This document shows, in pieces, positions 47,586 to 58,396 of a DNA stretch of 64,000 nucleotides. Origin of the DNA: Bacilli bacterium (GTDB lineage: Bacteria > Bacillota_I > Bacilli_A > RFN20 > CAG-826). A model generated the notes under the pieces. That model saw only the letters and a list, made by a program, of their open reading frames with translations. It had not been told where the DNA came from and did no database searches. A program made the position numbers and the translations under genes. The stretch's first letter is position 1. Each line of letters begins with the position of its first letter. The stretch lies in the NCBI GenBank assembly GCA_017619815.1, contig JAFZRR010000017.1:1-64000 (forward strand). The letters run 5' to 3'.

Positions 47586-48571
47586 CCAAATACTTACAAG
47601 AAAAGCAACCAATTATATATCGTACTTTTGTGCGTTCTTTAGAGAACCATCATTTATCTCATGCTTATTTAATAAGCGGAAATCCAGGTACTCCACTACT
47701 CCAAGTTGCTAAACATTTAGCAAAATCGATATTATGTGATAATCCAGATCCTTTAGCGTGTAATAATTGCATTACATGTTTACGTGTGGATGATGAGAAT
47801 TATCCAGATTTTATTGTTCTTGATGGATCCGCTAAAACCATCAAAAAAGAAGAAGTTGGGAACATCGAAGAACAATTTGAAAAAACTGCTTTTGAATCAA
47901 AAGGAATCATGATTTATATTATCCACTTAGTGGAAAATATGGGTGTGGAAGCAATCAACAGCATCTTGAAATTTTTAGAGGAGCCAGGAAGTGAAATTTA
48001 CGCTTTCTTAACCACAAATAATGAGAATAATGTTTTACCCACCATTATCTCTCGTTGCCAATTACTCAGATTAAAACTTGTTAATAGACAAGAAGTTATC
48101 CAAGATGCGATTGATCTTAATGTTCCTCAAGAAGATGCTGAATTACTCTCCTATTTCTACAATGACGGGGAATTAATTTACGATATCGTCAACGATAAGG
48201 ATAAAGTAGACGATTATAAAGATGCAAAAGATGCATTTGTTGATTTCTTAGAGGCTTTAAAAAAGGATGATAAGAGAGAGGCTATTTATTACGCTCAAAC
48301 ATCAATCATCCCATTAGTCAAAACAAAGGAAAGTGCGAGATTCTTCCTTGATATGCTTGTTGAAGGATTTGAAGATATCCTCAACATCCAACAAGGAAAA
48401 TCGCCAATCTTAAAAAGTTATGCTACAATTCTAAAAGAACTTTCAGATAAACTCGCACATGTTGATGAAAGTTTGATTGAAATTTTAAAAGATAGAAACT
48501 TAATAAACTTAAATGTAAATACATCCTTATTGATGGATCATTTGGTTTTTAACATTATTAAGGAGAATTAA
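47576..48571 (+). CDS. holB: DNA polymerase III delta-prime subunit
   Basis: LSHAYLISG...CDNPDPLACNNCITC module, in conserved position after tmk. Confidence 0.8.
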   Translation: MQVAKYLQEKQPIIYRTFVRSLENHHLSHAYLISGNPGTPLLQVAKHLAKSILCDNPDPLACNNCITCLRVDDENYPDFIVLDGSAKTIKKEEVGNIEEQFEKTAFESKGIMIYIIHLVENMGVEAINSILKFLEEPGSEIYAFLTTNNENNVLPTIISRCQLLRLKLVNRQEVIQDAIDLNVPQEDAELLSYFYNDGELIYDIVNDKDKVDDYKDAKDAFVDFLEALKKDDKREAIYYAQTSIIPLVKTKESARFFLDMLVEGFEDILNIQQGKSPILKSYATILKELSDKLAHVDESLIEILKDRNLINLNVNTSLLMDHLVFNIIKEN

Positions 48572-48572
48572 A

Positions 48573-49451
48573 ATGATCGCAAAAGAATTACCTGAAACAA
48601 ATATTGATAATTCAATATATAAAACATTCGTTGGTGTGAAATTCTTCAATACACCAAGAGCTTATTTCTTTGGTGTGGAAACGGATGAAGAATTCAAAAT
48701 TGGAGACAAAGTCATTGTTGAGACAATGCGTGGTTTGGAATTAGGCGAAATCGCCATTGAACAAATCAGCATGGAAAAATACGAAAGCGACTTAGGCTTA
48801 AAACCGATTTTAAGACGCGCAAACGACGTCGATGTAAAAATATACGAGTCCAACCAAAAAGATGCAGGAATTGCGCTAGAAATTAGCAAAAATGAGTCTG
48901 AAAAGCTTGGATTAGATATGAATTTTATTTCTTGCGAATATACATTAGATAAAACAAAAGTAATTTTGTCTTATATCGCCGACGAAAGAGTCGACTTCCG
49001 TGAATTATTAAAAATACTTGCTAGTAGGCTTCATACAAGAATTGAATTAAGACAAATTGGCTCACGTGATAAAGCCAAAATGATTGGTGGTATTGGTATT
49101 TGTGGTTTACCACTTTGCTGTTCCACTTTCTTAAATGAATTTGATGGCATTTCAATTAACCGCGCAAAAAATCAAATGCTCGCAATCAATATTCCTAAGC
49201 TATCAGGACACTGTGGCAAATTAATTTGCTGTCTCAAGTATGAAGATGATGTCTATAGCGAAGAAAGAAAGAAATATCCTGATCTTGGTTCCAAGATTTG
49301 GCTAGATAAAGTCGAATACACTGTAACTGGTGTAAATATCATTTCTAAAGTGGTCAAAATTGAAACAAATGAAGACGTTAAATTCATCCCATTTGAAGAT
49401 TTAAAACGCCAAGCTCGTTGGAAGAGAAATAAAGATAATGAACAGAAGTAA
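48573..49451 (+). CDS. ricT: PSP1-domain protein RicT (YaaT)
   Basis: PSP1 C-terminal domain with Cys cluster GICGLPLCCSTFL...CGKLICCLKYE. Confidence 0.8.
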   Translation: MIAKELPETNIDNSIYKTFVGVKFFNTPRAYFFGVETDEEFKIGDKVIVETMRGLELGEIAIEQISMEKYESDLGLKPILRRANDVDVKIYESNQKDAGIALEISKNESEKLGLDMNFISCEYTLDKTKVILSYIADERVDFRELLKILASRLHTRIELRQIGSRDKAKMIGGIGICGLPLCCSTFLNEFDGISINRAKNQMLAINIPKLSGHCGKLICCLKYEDDVYSEERKKYPDLGSKIWLDKVEYTVTGVNIISKVVKIETNEDVKFIPFEDLKRQARWKRNKDNEQK

Positions 49452-50289
49452 GAGTTTTGATAATAGCAAACCATTGATTTACCTTATTGCTACGCCAATA
49501 GGTAATTTAGGTGAGATGTCTAAACGCGCTTTAGATGTTCTTCAAGATATGGATATCATCGCTGCGGAAGATACCAGAAATACTTTTTCATTACTTTCAA
49601 ATTTCGGAATCAAAAAAGAATTGTTTTCTCTACGAGAACATAATGAAATAGAAGCCTCTGAACACTTGATTAAATTAGCGAAAAGTGGAAAGAAGGTTGC
49701 ATATGTTAGTGATGCTGGATATCCCGGTATCAGCGATCCTGGTTACTTGCTTGTTAAAAAGGCCCGTGAAGAAGATGTGGCAGTCTCCACAATATCTGGT
49801 AGCTGTGCATTTATTAATGCGCTTGTCGCATCCGGACTTCCAACAAATCACTTCTACTTCTATGGTTTTTTATCTAAAAAGGGACAAGAAGCTAAGAAAG
49901 CACTAGAAGAATTGTCTAATAGAAACGAAACATTAATCTTCTATGAGTCTCCTCATCAAATTGAAGAAACAATTAAATTATTAAACTCAGTCCTTGGAGA
50001 TAGAGAATGTGTTATCGCTAGAGAACTCACTAAAATTAATGAAGAGTATATCTCTGGAAAACTATCTGAATTAGTTAACTTAGACTTTAAAACTATTAAG
50101 GGTGAAATGGTAATTATTCTTGAAGGCCAACCAAAATCAGACAATGAAATTTCAGATGAAAAAATTCAAGATAAGATTAGATTCTATTTATCATTAGGAG
50201 TGTCTGAAAAAGCCGCAATCCAAATAGCGGTTGAAGAACTAAAGGTTCCTAAAAACAGGGTATATAAATTAGTTCAAGAAATGAAATAA
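49438..50289 (+). CDS. rsmI: 16S rRNA (cytidine1402-2'-O)-methyltransferase RsmI
   Basis: LIYLIATPIGNLGEMSKRALDVL...AAEDTR tetrapyrrole-methylase fold. Confidence 0.85.
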   Translation: MNRSKSFDNSKPLIYLIATPIGNLGEMSKRALDVLQDMDIIAAEDTRNTFSLLSNFGIKKELFSLREHNEIEASEHLIKLAKSGKKVAYVSDAGYPGISDPGYLLVKKAREEDVAVSTISGSCAFINALVASGLPTNHFYFYGFLSKKGQEAKKALEELSNRNETLIFYESPHQIEETIKLLNSVLGDRECVIARELTKINEEYISGKLSELVNLDFKTIKGEMVIILEGQPKSDNEISDEKIQDKIRFYLSLGVSEKAAIQIAVEELKVPKNRVYKLVQEMK

Positions 50290-50307
50290 TCGGCTTTGCC
50301 GATTTTT

Positions 50308-53300
50308 TTATAATATAAATGAAATTTCTTTCTCTTTTTGCTTCATGTCAATGAACACATAGGAAACAATTGTTGCAAAATATGCAAATACTCCAAATGA
50401 AGAAATCAAAGACGACATTTTCAAATTCGGTGTTTCGAAAACTAGTTCATATGAGCATTCACCAACACCGCTTATAAATGATACAAAACCACCTTGGGCA
50501 TTAAAGACTTCAACATCTTTTTTATTACCTGCAGAATCGGTCATTTTAAGCTTAAATCCATCTTCATAAGCTAAACGTGTTACCACTATTCTTTTTGAGG
50601 CAAAATCACTCTTAAAAGTCCATTTATTTGTAGATGAAGTTACATCAAACACCGTGTTCGCTTTTAAGCTGGCTATTTTTGTTTCATGGTTTGTAAAAGT
50701 ATCAATTGCAATATTGTGTGAGAAATTAACTTTTTTACCACGATTCACAATTATAATCTTTTTAATTTTCGGAGCATCTTTGGTGATGATTAATTCACCA
50801 TTTGAATCTAACTCATATGTTGGCGAGATATAAAACGCTCTTTCCTCTTTTCCAGAACGACCAGCATTTGTGTATTCATCATTATGGTTATCAAAAGTCA
50901 CTATTTTATTATTTGTGTCTACAAAGTAGATGTCCGTACCATATCCTTGATCAAATGAAGCGGTTAAATAATAAATATTTCCTTTAGAATCATAGTTTGG
51001 GAAGTATTCACCTGTCGATTCAATTACTTCAACATATCTTTGTTCACGATCCGCGATAGCAACGCGACTTAGTTTTTCGTATTTTGTAGTAGATGAGTTT
51101 AAGGAAAGATAAACACTTGCATTCACATCCAAATTGTTTTCATTTGCAGTAGCAAAGTCATAATAGGTAAGTAAGGCATCTTGTCCAGAATCTGGATTTC
51201 CATATCTATTTATAGATAAAGAATAATATAAATCATTAATTGTTTTGTTTTGAGCGGGTAGTTCACTAATATCAGTTTGATTTCTAAGTTCATCAACAAT
51301 ACTTTGTTCCCTATAAGAATTTATAATCGCGGTCTTTAAGTACAAATCTTCGTTAAGCAATACTCTTCTGTCATCTTCATAAATACCTTCGTATGGTTTG
51401 TTAGTTGTCGGATTGCCATTGACGACATAAAAGTTATCGAATGTTAAAGCAAAATCAATATAATCCTTGTTTTCAAAAACGAGGAATTCATGATTATCAT
51501 AATCAGAAGAAATATCAAAATAGTTTAGTGGAACATTATATCTAAAATCTTCACTAGAAACGCTTATTCTATTTTGCTTTGCAAAATAATCATCTTCTAC
51601 TAGATAATATTTCACTCCTAAAACAGTGTCCAAATTAATTCTCTTTTGAACGTATGTTCCCATCCAAGATGCTGGCGCTTTTCCATTTGTGATAGAAGAC
51701 CAATTACATAAATCCGCTGTGTTGTAGTTATATACAGAGTGAAATGTGCCAATTCCGTTATAGCCATTTCTCATTCCATCATTTGGAGCTTCAGAACAAG
51801 ATAATGAAGAATAACAACGATAGTAAGCAGGATCTTCTTTACTGATCCGCTCTACTATTGAATGTAAACAATCATTTTTAACATAACCTTTATTGGTTTG
51901 CGAATAATCTTCCACGCCATGTCCATAAATAACTAAGCCACCCATAATAGATATCTCAGCAACAAGGAATCCAGTGAACACCCAATAAAAACTGGGCTTT
52001 TTCTTAGCTTTAATAAGACAAAGCACTGTTGTTAAGATGAGAAGATAAAGGCTTTCTAAACTGACAGCTAGCCATATTGGAACGCGTTCTTTGAACATCG
52101 AATTTTCGGTTGCAATTATGGTTTGAGCAAGTAGTCCACTAATCAAAACCACAATAATCAAGATGGCACAACTTTGGACCAGGACAACATAGTTGTCTTT
52201 TTTGATTTCGTCTAGATATAATCCAGCATATGCCATGATTGAAGTAACCACAAACAGAGTCCAACGACTATAGGCAACTGTAAAGCCATGGAACATGTAA
52301 TAGAAGCAAGGTGTGAACAAAGCGAACAAGAAGAAACCTAGAGCAACTAAAACTGAAAAATGTTTCTTTTTAATCGATGATCTAAACGCTGGGAAAAGTA
52401 ACAACAACATTGGTAAGAAACAATAGAAGGATCCAGCCACGTTATCATATGTATCGCTTCCGTAAATCATTAGTGAAGTTCCGCGGCAAGAAATAACAGG
52501 AAAAACAAACTCCACAAATGGATAAATTGTCCTTGCTTTTTCTAACGCAGAATTGTTCAGAGAAGTCCACGTAATTAATAATTCAAACGCTCTTTTCAAG
52601 TTACCTTTTTTCAATGCTTCAACAAGGTAGTTAAAGAAGCCATTACTGCTAGCTCTTGGAGAAGAAAGAGCATGTAGCAAAGATGGGAATACAGTCATTG
52701 CTGGAAGCATTATTCCCACAACAAAACCAGCAACTATTAATAATAAAATTATTAAATTATCGTTTTTATTTCTTGTTTTTACTGTTTGAATATATCTGAA
52801 TGAAGCGTAAAGAAGAGCACAAAGGACATAGGAATACATGAAGAAAAAGTTTATGAATCCAATCAAACAAATTGCGCTCATTAAGACAGTTGGATTCTTC
52901 TTTTTCAATACGTTTTCAATACCCAAAAGAATCAAAGGAAATGCTACTGCAACACCAGTAAAATGATTAAACCAAAGATACCATGTTATCCACCCTGAAA
53001 ACGCATATGCTACACCTGTGATTTTGCTTGCTCGTCTAGATGCGCCTAAACGCCTCATGTATGCATAAAAAGCTAATCCGCTTAAGGCCATTTTAAAGAT
53101 TGTTAAAATAGCCATTCCTTGGGGCACTAATTGCCTTGGGAAGATAAGAATAGGCATAAAGAACGGATCAAACAAATAATAGAAAGAGTTTGCGCCAATA
53201 TTATCAACACCTAAAAAGGTGTTTGTATCGTATAAAACAAATTCACCTTTTTTGAAAAAATGCCACCAATCATCATAACCATTTGTGTAGAAAGCGTATT

Positions 53301-53496
53301 GTTGGTAGACATAGTCTCCTGTAAAAGGGGTTGTGAAGTTATTAATAAATAAAGAGGTGCTAAAAAACACCACTCCTAAAACAACCAAAAACAAATAGTA
53401 ATAAAACAAAGAATTGATGTTTTTAAATGGGACTAATATCTTACTGATAAAAGACGCACTTTGTTTCAAGTTTATATTTTGTGTATTTGCGGTCAT
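50308..53496 (-). CDS. YfhO-family polytopic membrane protein (glycosyltransferase-like), giant form with a long extracytoplasmic C-terminal region
   Basis: About 1060 aa. The N-terminal half has many TM segments (FYYLFDPFFMPILIFPRQLVPQGMAILTIF...). The start is trimmed to MTANTQNI, leaving about 100 nt of divergent promoter space to typA. Confidence 0.6.
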   Translation of the reverse strand: MTANTQNINLKQSASFISKILVPFKNINSLFYYYLFLVVLGVVFFSTSLFINNFTTPFTGDYVYQQYAFYTNGYDDWWHFFKKGEFVLYDTNTFLGVDNIGANSFYYLFDPFFMPILIFPRQLVPQGMAILTIFKMALSGLAFYAYMRRLGASRRASKITGVAYAFSGWITWYLWFNHFTGVAVAFPLILLGIENVLKKKNPTVLMSAICLIGFINFFFMYSYVLCALLYASFRYIQTVKTRNKNDNLIILLLIVAGFVVGIMLPAMTVFPSLLHALSSPRASSNGFFNYLVEALKKGNLKRAFELLITWTSLNNSALEKARTIYPFVEFVFPVISCRGTSLMIYGSDTYDNVAGSFYCFLPMLLLLFPAFRSSIKKKHFSVLVALGFFLFALFTPCFYYMFHGFTVAYSRWTLFVVTSIMAYAGLYLDEIKKDNYVVLVQSCAILIIVVLISGLLAQTIIATENSMFKERVPIWLAVSLESLYLLILTTVLCLIKAKKKPSFYWVFTGFLVAEISIMGGLVIYGHGVEDYSQTNKGYVKNDCLHSIVERISKEDPAYYRCYSSLSCSEAPNDGMRNGYNGIGTFHSVYNYNTADLCNWSSITNGKAPASWMGTYVQKRINLDTVLGVKYYLVEDDYFAKQNRISVSSEDFRYNVPLNYFDISSDYDNHEFLVFENKDYIDFALTFDNFYVVNGNPTTNKPYEGIYEDDRRVLLNEDLYLKTAIINSYREQSIVDELRNQTDISELPAQNKTINDLYYSLSINRYGNPDSGQDALLTYYDFATANENNLDVNASVYLSLNSSTTKYEKLSRVAIADREQRYVEVIESTGEYFPNYDSKGNIYYLTASFDQGYGTDIYFVDTNNKIVTFDNHNDEYTNAGRSGKEERAFYISPTYELDSNGELIITKDAPKIKKIIIVNRGKKVNFSHNIAIDTFTNHETKIASLKANTVFDVTSSTNKWTFKSDFASKRIVVTRLAYEDGFKLKMTDSAGNKKDVEVFNAQGGFVSFISGVGECSYELVFETPNLKMSSLISSFGVFAYFATIVSYVFIDMKQKEKEISFIL

Positions 53497-53599
53497 ATAC
53501 CCCACTATTATATACACATATATACATGTAATTTTTACTTTTTCTTGCATTTTATTTTTCTCTTTTCTATCATAGAAAAGATTTTTTGGAGGTATTCCT

Positions 53600-55435
53600 A
53601 TGGAAATTCGTAACATTGCAATCATCGCCCACGTAGATCATGGGAAGACCACACTAGTAGACCAATTATTAAAATCCTCTGGTGCTTTTAGAGATAACGA
53701 AGAAGTTGCTAACAGAGTTATGGATAGCAACGACATTGAAAGAGAAAGAGGAATTACTATTTTAGCAAAAACCACATCTTTAATGTTTAATGGTACTAAA
53801 ATTAATATTTTAGATACTCCAGGGCACGCTGACTTCGGCGGCGAAGTTGAAAGAATCATGAACATGGTTGATGGATGTCTTTTATTAGTTGATGCTTTTG
53901 AAGGAACAATGCCTCAAACAAGATTCGTTTTAAAGAAAGCATTAGAAGCTCACATCAAGCCAATTGTGGTCATAAATAAAATCGACAGAGCAAACATCGA
54001 CATCGCAAAAACAATGGATGAAGTATTAACCTTATTTATTGAATTAGGCGCACCTGATGAATTCTTAGATTTTAAAGTTGTTTACACATCCGCATTACAA
54101 GGCACCTCATCAAAGGATCCAGATGTCAGTACACAAAAACCAGGCATGGATGCTGTGTTACAAATGATTGTCGATGAAATTCCTGCTCCAAAAGCAGATA
54201 TTAACAAACCATTGCAATTACAAGTTTCCTTATTGGATTATAATGATTTCGTCGGAAGAATTGGTGTTGGTACCGTTAAAAACGGTAAAATCCGTGTTAA
54301 TGATACTGTAACAGTCGCTAGATTAGATGGTTCTACCAAATCATTTAAAGTCATGAAATTATTTGGTTATCAAGCTACAAGAAGAGTGGAAATTGAAGAA
54401 GCTGTTGCTGGTGAAATTTGTGCAGTTGCAGGTCTTCCAGATATCAACGTTGGTGAGACAATTTGCTATCCAGATCATGTTGAAGCATTGCCAAAGATTC
54501 ACTTAGATGAACCTACACTACAAATGACTTTCGGAACTAACACTTCTCCATTCGCCGGAAGAGAAGGAAAATTACTCACTGCCCGTAAGATTGAAGAGCG
54601 TTTATTTAGAGAAACTCAAAAGGATGTTGCTTTAAAAGTTCAAAGAGTTCCTAACACTGAAACATGGATGGTTTCTGGTAGAGGCGAATTACATTTAGGC
54701 ATTCTTATTGAAAATATGCGTCGTGAAGGATTTGAATTAGAAGTTTCAAAACCAAAAGTCATCATCAAAGAAATTGATGGTGTCAAATATGAACCATATG
54801 AGGATTTAGATATTGATGTCCCAAATGATTTTGTTGGCGATATTATGACTTCTTTAGGTGATAGAGATGCAGAAATGATCAATATGGACGTTAAAGAAGC
54901 TACAACAAAGTTGTCTTATGTTATTCCTTCTAGAGGTTTATTGGGTTATATCACCAATTTTATGACCTTAACAAAGGGCTACGGCATTATTTCTCACGTA
55001 TTCAAGGAATATAGACCTATGGTGGCATTAAGTCTCGGAGAACGTCCATTAGGCGTGCTTGTGGCCACAGAAGCGGGCACAGCCACACCTTACGCAATTG
55101 AACACGTTGAAGAAAGAGGAACTATGTTCATCGAACCTGGTACTGAAGTATATGAAGGTATGATTATCGGTGAAAATAGATATGATATCGATTTAGCAGT
55201 TAACTGCGTCTTGAAAAAAGCTCTCACAAATATGAGAAGCGCGAACAAGGACACCACTGTTGTTCTAAAATCGCCAAGAAGAATGTCTTTGGAAGCATGT
55301 CTTGATTACATTAATTCCGATGAATTAGTGGAAATCACTCCTTCTACATACAGAATGAGAAAGAAGATTCTTAACACTGTTGATAGAAAGAAATACGATG
55401 CTCACCAAAAAGCATTAGAAAAAGGTGAAGAATAA
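53600..55435 (+). CDS. typA: translational GTPase TypA/BipA
   Basis: IRNIAIIAHVDHGKTTLVD G1 motif, DTPGHADF, NKIDR; 611 aa. Confidence 0.92.
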   Translation: MEIRNIAIIAHVDHGKTTLVDQLLKSSGAFRDNEEVANRVMDSNDIERERGITILAKTTSLMFNGTKINILDTPGHADFGGEVERIMNMVDGCLLLVDAFEGTMPQTRFVLKKALEAHIKPIVVINKIDRANIDIAKTMDEVLTLFIELGAPDEFLDFKVVYTSALQGTSSKDPDVSTQKPGMDAVLQMIVDEIPAPKADINKPLQLQVSLLDYNDFVGRIGVGTVKNGKIRVNDTVTVARLDGSTKSFKVMKLFGYQATRRVEIEEAVAGEICAVAGLPDINVGETICYPDHVEALPKIHLDEPTLQMTFGTNTSPFAGREGKLLTARKIEERLFRETQKDVALKVQRVPNTETWMVSGRGELHLGILIENMRREGFELEVSKPKVIIKEIDGVKYEPYEDLDIDVPNDFVGDIMTSLGDRDAEMINMDVKEATTKLSYVIPSRGLLGYITNFMTLTKGYGIISHVFKEYRPMVALSLGERPLGVLVATEAGTATPYAIEHVEERGTMFIEPGTEVYEGMIIGENRYDIDLAVNCVLKKALTNMRSANKDTTVVLKSPRRMSLEACLDYINSDELVEITPSTYRMRKKILNTVDRKKYDAHQKALEKGEE

Positions 55436-55465
55436 AAAAAAGAGGCAATGCCTCTTTTATTTTTG
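55434..55465. terminator. bidirectional intrinsic terminator
   Basis: AGAGGC-aat-GCCTCT hairpin flanked by A8 and a T-rich run. Confidence 0.6.
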
Positions 55466-56470
55466 GCTATTATTGAATAAGTGTTTGATATTTTGATATG
55501 GACCAAAGCATGTGATTCTATCACCATCTTGAATAATTGTGTCTTTATCGGCAAAGAGATATGAATCTTTTCTTTTGATAACCACGATTGTGATGCTATA
55601 GCGATCACTCAAGTGTGCATCTTTTAGTGGGACACCTTCTAATTCCTTTGGAACTTCTTCAGTTTCAATTTCCATCAAGACATTTGCGCCATAGTTATTC
55701 AATAAGTTGATGTCGTTGGTTTTGTTAACAACAAAGGTTTTCTTATTCTTATCAAGGCTATCAATAAATGCCGCTTTAATATCTCTAGTTGATCCATAAA
55801 TAACAAGGATGTCTCTCTTGTTAAACATTGTGTCTTTGGTAACTTCGAGAATTCTTTTGCCTCTCTTAATAGAAAGCACATTGATGAAATATTTCTTAGT
55901 AAGTTCCATTTCGTTCAATGTTTTTTCTTGAGCAAATTCAGGAATATTATTCAAGACAACTTCCGCAATTGCGTTTTTACCATATAGGTCTAAAACTGTA
56001 ATAATATTGGAGTTTTTCTTCTTTGAAGAAGTATTGATAGCAATCTTTTCTAATAAAGCTTGGAAACGACGATTAATAGGTGGAATCTTGATAAATAAAA
56101 CAAGAAGGAATAAACCAAGGGATGCATAGAACACAATGAAGTACCAAAGCTTTGTGCTTAAAACATTTTCGTTGGTTTGGATGGTAGCAATGGAAATTAA
56201 CACGTTGGTTAACAAACCCATAAAGACCACAGAGAAGATATGACCTGTATACATACAGACAATAGCAATTTTTCTTCTTCTTTCATCATCAACGATGATT
56301 TCGCTTTCGTTTGTGGTAAAACCTGATCCAGTAAATAATGACGCAACTTGGAATTTAATTTTATTTGTCGCTAAACCTGTCAACTTAAAGGCCACACAAA
56401 AGGCTTCAATCGTAAATAAATAGACTGAGACGACTGCTAAAATTAAAGCGACAGCAAACCAAATGTTCAT
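55457..56470 (-). CDS. membrane protein with tandem TrkA-C (RCK_C)-like cytoplasmic domains
   Basis: 337 aa with an N-terminal 4-TM block then two soluble repeats. Family assignment is tentative. Confidence 0.5.
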   Translation of the reverse strand: MNIWFAVALILAVVSVYLFTIEAFCVAFKLTGLATNKIKFQVASLFTGSGFTTNESEIIVDDERRRKIAIVCMYTGHIFSVVFMGLLTNVLISIATIQTNENVLSTKLWYFIVFYASLGLFLLVLFIKIPPINRRFQALLEKIAINTSSKKKNSNIITVLDLYGKNAIAEVVLNNIPEFAQEKTLNEMELTKKYFINVLSIKRGKRILEVTKDTMFNKRDILVIYGSTRDIKAAFIDSLDKNKKTFVVNKTNDINLLNNYGANVLMEIETEEVPKELEGVPLKDAHLSDRYSITIVVIKRKDSYLFADKDTIIQDGDRITCFGPYQNIKHLFNNSQK

Positions 56471-56472
56471 AT

Positions 56473-57438
56473 CTACTTCTTAGAAACCTTTCTTTTATTA
56501 TTCTTACATACTGTAAAATTTCCCGCCATACAAGATTCAAATTCTTTTGGCATTGGGGCCTTGAATTTCAATAATTTTCCAGTAAATGGGTGAATTATAT
56601 CAAGCTCATAAGCATGTAAGCCTAGGCGTTTGATCGGGTTGGATGGTTCTCCGTATTTATCATCACCAATGATGAAATGACCAAGATCGCCAAAGTGAAC
56701 ACGGATTTGGTTCTTCCTACCAGTTTTAATATCGACATCCGCCAATGAATATTGGCCATTCTCTTGAATTATTTTGTAGTTAGTAATAGCGAGTTGCCCA
56801 TCGCCTTTCTTCTTTGAAGAATACATCATATTTTGAGAGTTCTTTTTCAAATATGATTTGATTGTTCCCTCTTTGATTTCTAAGGTTCCTTCAACGATGG
56901 CGTAGTAGCCACGTTTTTTAACCAGATTATTCCAATTGTCACCATCAGTAAGTGCTTTTGCTATTCTATCGTTTTTAGCAAACATCAAAACACCAGATGT
57001 ATCTTCATCTAATCTATGAACAATAAATGCTCTATTGTGTTTATCTTTTTGCTGCAAATAATCATTTACCATTCTAAAAGCAGTTGATCCTTTTTCGTTA
57101 TCTGAAGGAACAGATAAAAGCTTACTAGGTTTATTAATAACGATTAAATCGTTATCTTCAAAAATTATAGGTAAGTTTGATCTTGTTTTCTTTCTAATTG
57201 GGCTACTAGAAATAATCACAGTGTCACCAGGGAATAATTTGAAATTGAATTGTGTTACTGGTGCTCCATCAATACTAACTCTATGTGAGCCTAATAAAGA
57301 CTTCACTGAGTTTCTAGATTGATCTTTAAAAGTCATGAGTAAAAACTCAAGTAATTCACATGGGTGTTTAACAACAAATTGCTTGAGGTTCTTATAATCC
57401 TTTGATGGTCTTGTATCACGAGCTTTATTCTTGTTCAT
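56473..57438 (-). CDS. RluA-family 23S rRNA pseudouridine synthase (RluD-like) with S4 domain
   Basis: S4 domain (SRNSVKSLLGSHRVSIDG) and catalytic HRLDEDTSG. Basic C-terminal extension. Confidence 0.8.
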   Translation of the reverse strand: MNKNKARDTRPSKDYKNLKQFVVKHPCELLEFLLMTFKDQSRNSVKSLLGSHRVSIDGAPVTQFNFKLFPGDTVIISSSPIRKKTRSNLPIIFEDNDLIVINKPSKLLSVPSDNEKGSTAFRMVNDYLQQKDKHNRAFIVHRLDEDTSGVLMFAKNDRIAKALTDGDNWNNLVKKRGYYAIVEGTLEIKEGTIKSYLKKNSQNMMYSSKKKGDGQLAITNYKIIQENGQYSLADVDIKTGRKNQIRVHFGDLGHFIIGDDKYGEPSNPIKRLGLHAYELDIIHPFTGKLLKFKAPMPKEFESCMAGNFTVCKNNKRKVSKK

Positions 57439-58306
57439 GTTTCACCTTTTTAATAATCATATCAGCATAAGCTGAAGCAACATTTAATCCAGTGACCTTT
57501 TCAAATTCTTCAAAGAAAGCATTAGAATTGATTTCGCATAAGATTGGATTGTCATCTTCATACACTAATAAATCGATACCAGCGTATTCGATATGTAATT
57601 TATTAGCGATTTCCTGTGCAAATCCTTCATATTTAGCGGGATTTTCAAGCTTTTTGCTACTTGCTTCATCACCAAAATTGCTTCTGAAGTCATATTTGTT
57701 CTTTCTAATGAATGAACCAAATACTTTTCCGTCAATAATAAGTACCCTAATTGATTTACCGAAACTGGTTTTCACATACTCTTGGAAAATAATAGGGTTA
57801 CGAGCAATTTCGGAATATAACTTAACTAGTTCTTCTTTGGTATCAACGAGATACACACCTTCGCCTAAAGAACCATAAACTTTTTTAACCACCATTGGTA
57901 ATCCAAGTTCTTCAACTACACTATCTAAGAAGCGATAATTGGATTCTTGAAGATCTGTATACACAAGTGGCCCTGCAATTGTTTTTGGCATTCTGATTCC
58001 TTCGTTTGCGCAGGCAATAAAGGTTAGCATTTTATCATCACAAAGTTTAATGAAATCAGCTCTATTGAAAAGTCTAAATCCTGCTTTTTCAAGCAATCTT
58101 GCGAGATAGATATCTTTATCAAGATATAAAACAAAATCTGCAGCAGGCAAATTAATCTTGATTTCATTGTTTTTGATTTCAGCTAATGTGCCGTCATTAA
58201 CAAAAACTTCAAGACTAACACCCTTCTTTTGGAATTCGGTTTTAAATCTTTCAATCTTGTATTGGTTGTGTCCAATGGTTTGGTTAACAATAATAATTCC
58301 ATTCAT
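57425..58306 (-). CDS. RimK-family ATP-grasp ligase
   Basis: 293 aa with ATP-grasp fold blocks (KKVYGSLGEGV..., IFQEYV..., IDLLVYEDDNPILCEINSN). Confidence 0.6.
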   Translation of the reverse strand: MNGIIIVNQTIGHNQYKIERFKTEFQKKGVSLEVFVNDGTLAEIKNNEIKINLPAADFVLYLDKDIYLARLLEKAGFRLFNRADFIKLCDDKMLTFIACANEGIRMPKTIAGPLVYTDLQESNYRFLDSVVEELGLPMVVKKVYGSLGEGVYLVDTKEELVKLYSEIARNPIIFQEYVKTSFGKSIRVLIIDGKVFGSFIRKNKYDFRSNFGDEASSKKLENPAKYEGFAQEIANKLHIEYAGIDLLVYEDDNPILCEINSNAFFEEFEKVTGLNVASAYADMIIKKVKHEQE

Positions 58307-58351
58307 ACCTAATTATCATAAAAAGAATATAGTGGAATTACCACTATTAAA

Positions 58352-58396
58352 ATAATAAAAAGGAGCAATTATATTTTTGCTCCTTGTCTTTTTTTA
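58352..58396 (-). terminator. intrinsic terminator downstream of the DegV gene
   Basis: AGGAGCAA-loop-TTGCTCCT hairpin with T-runs on the minus strand. Confidence 0.55.
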
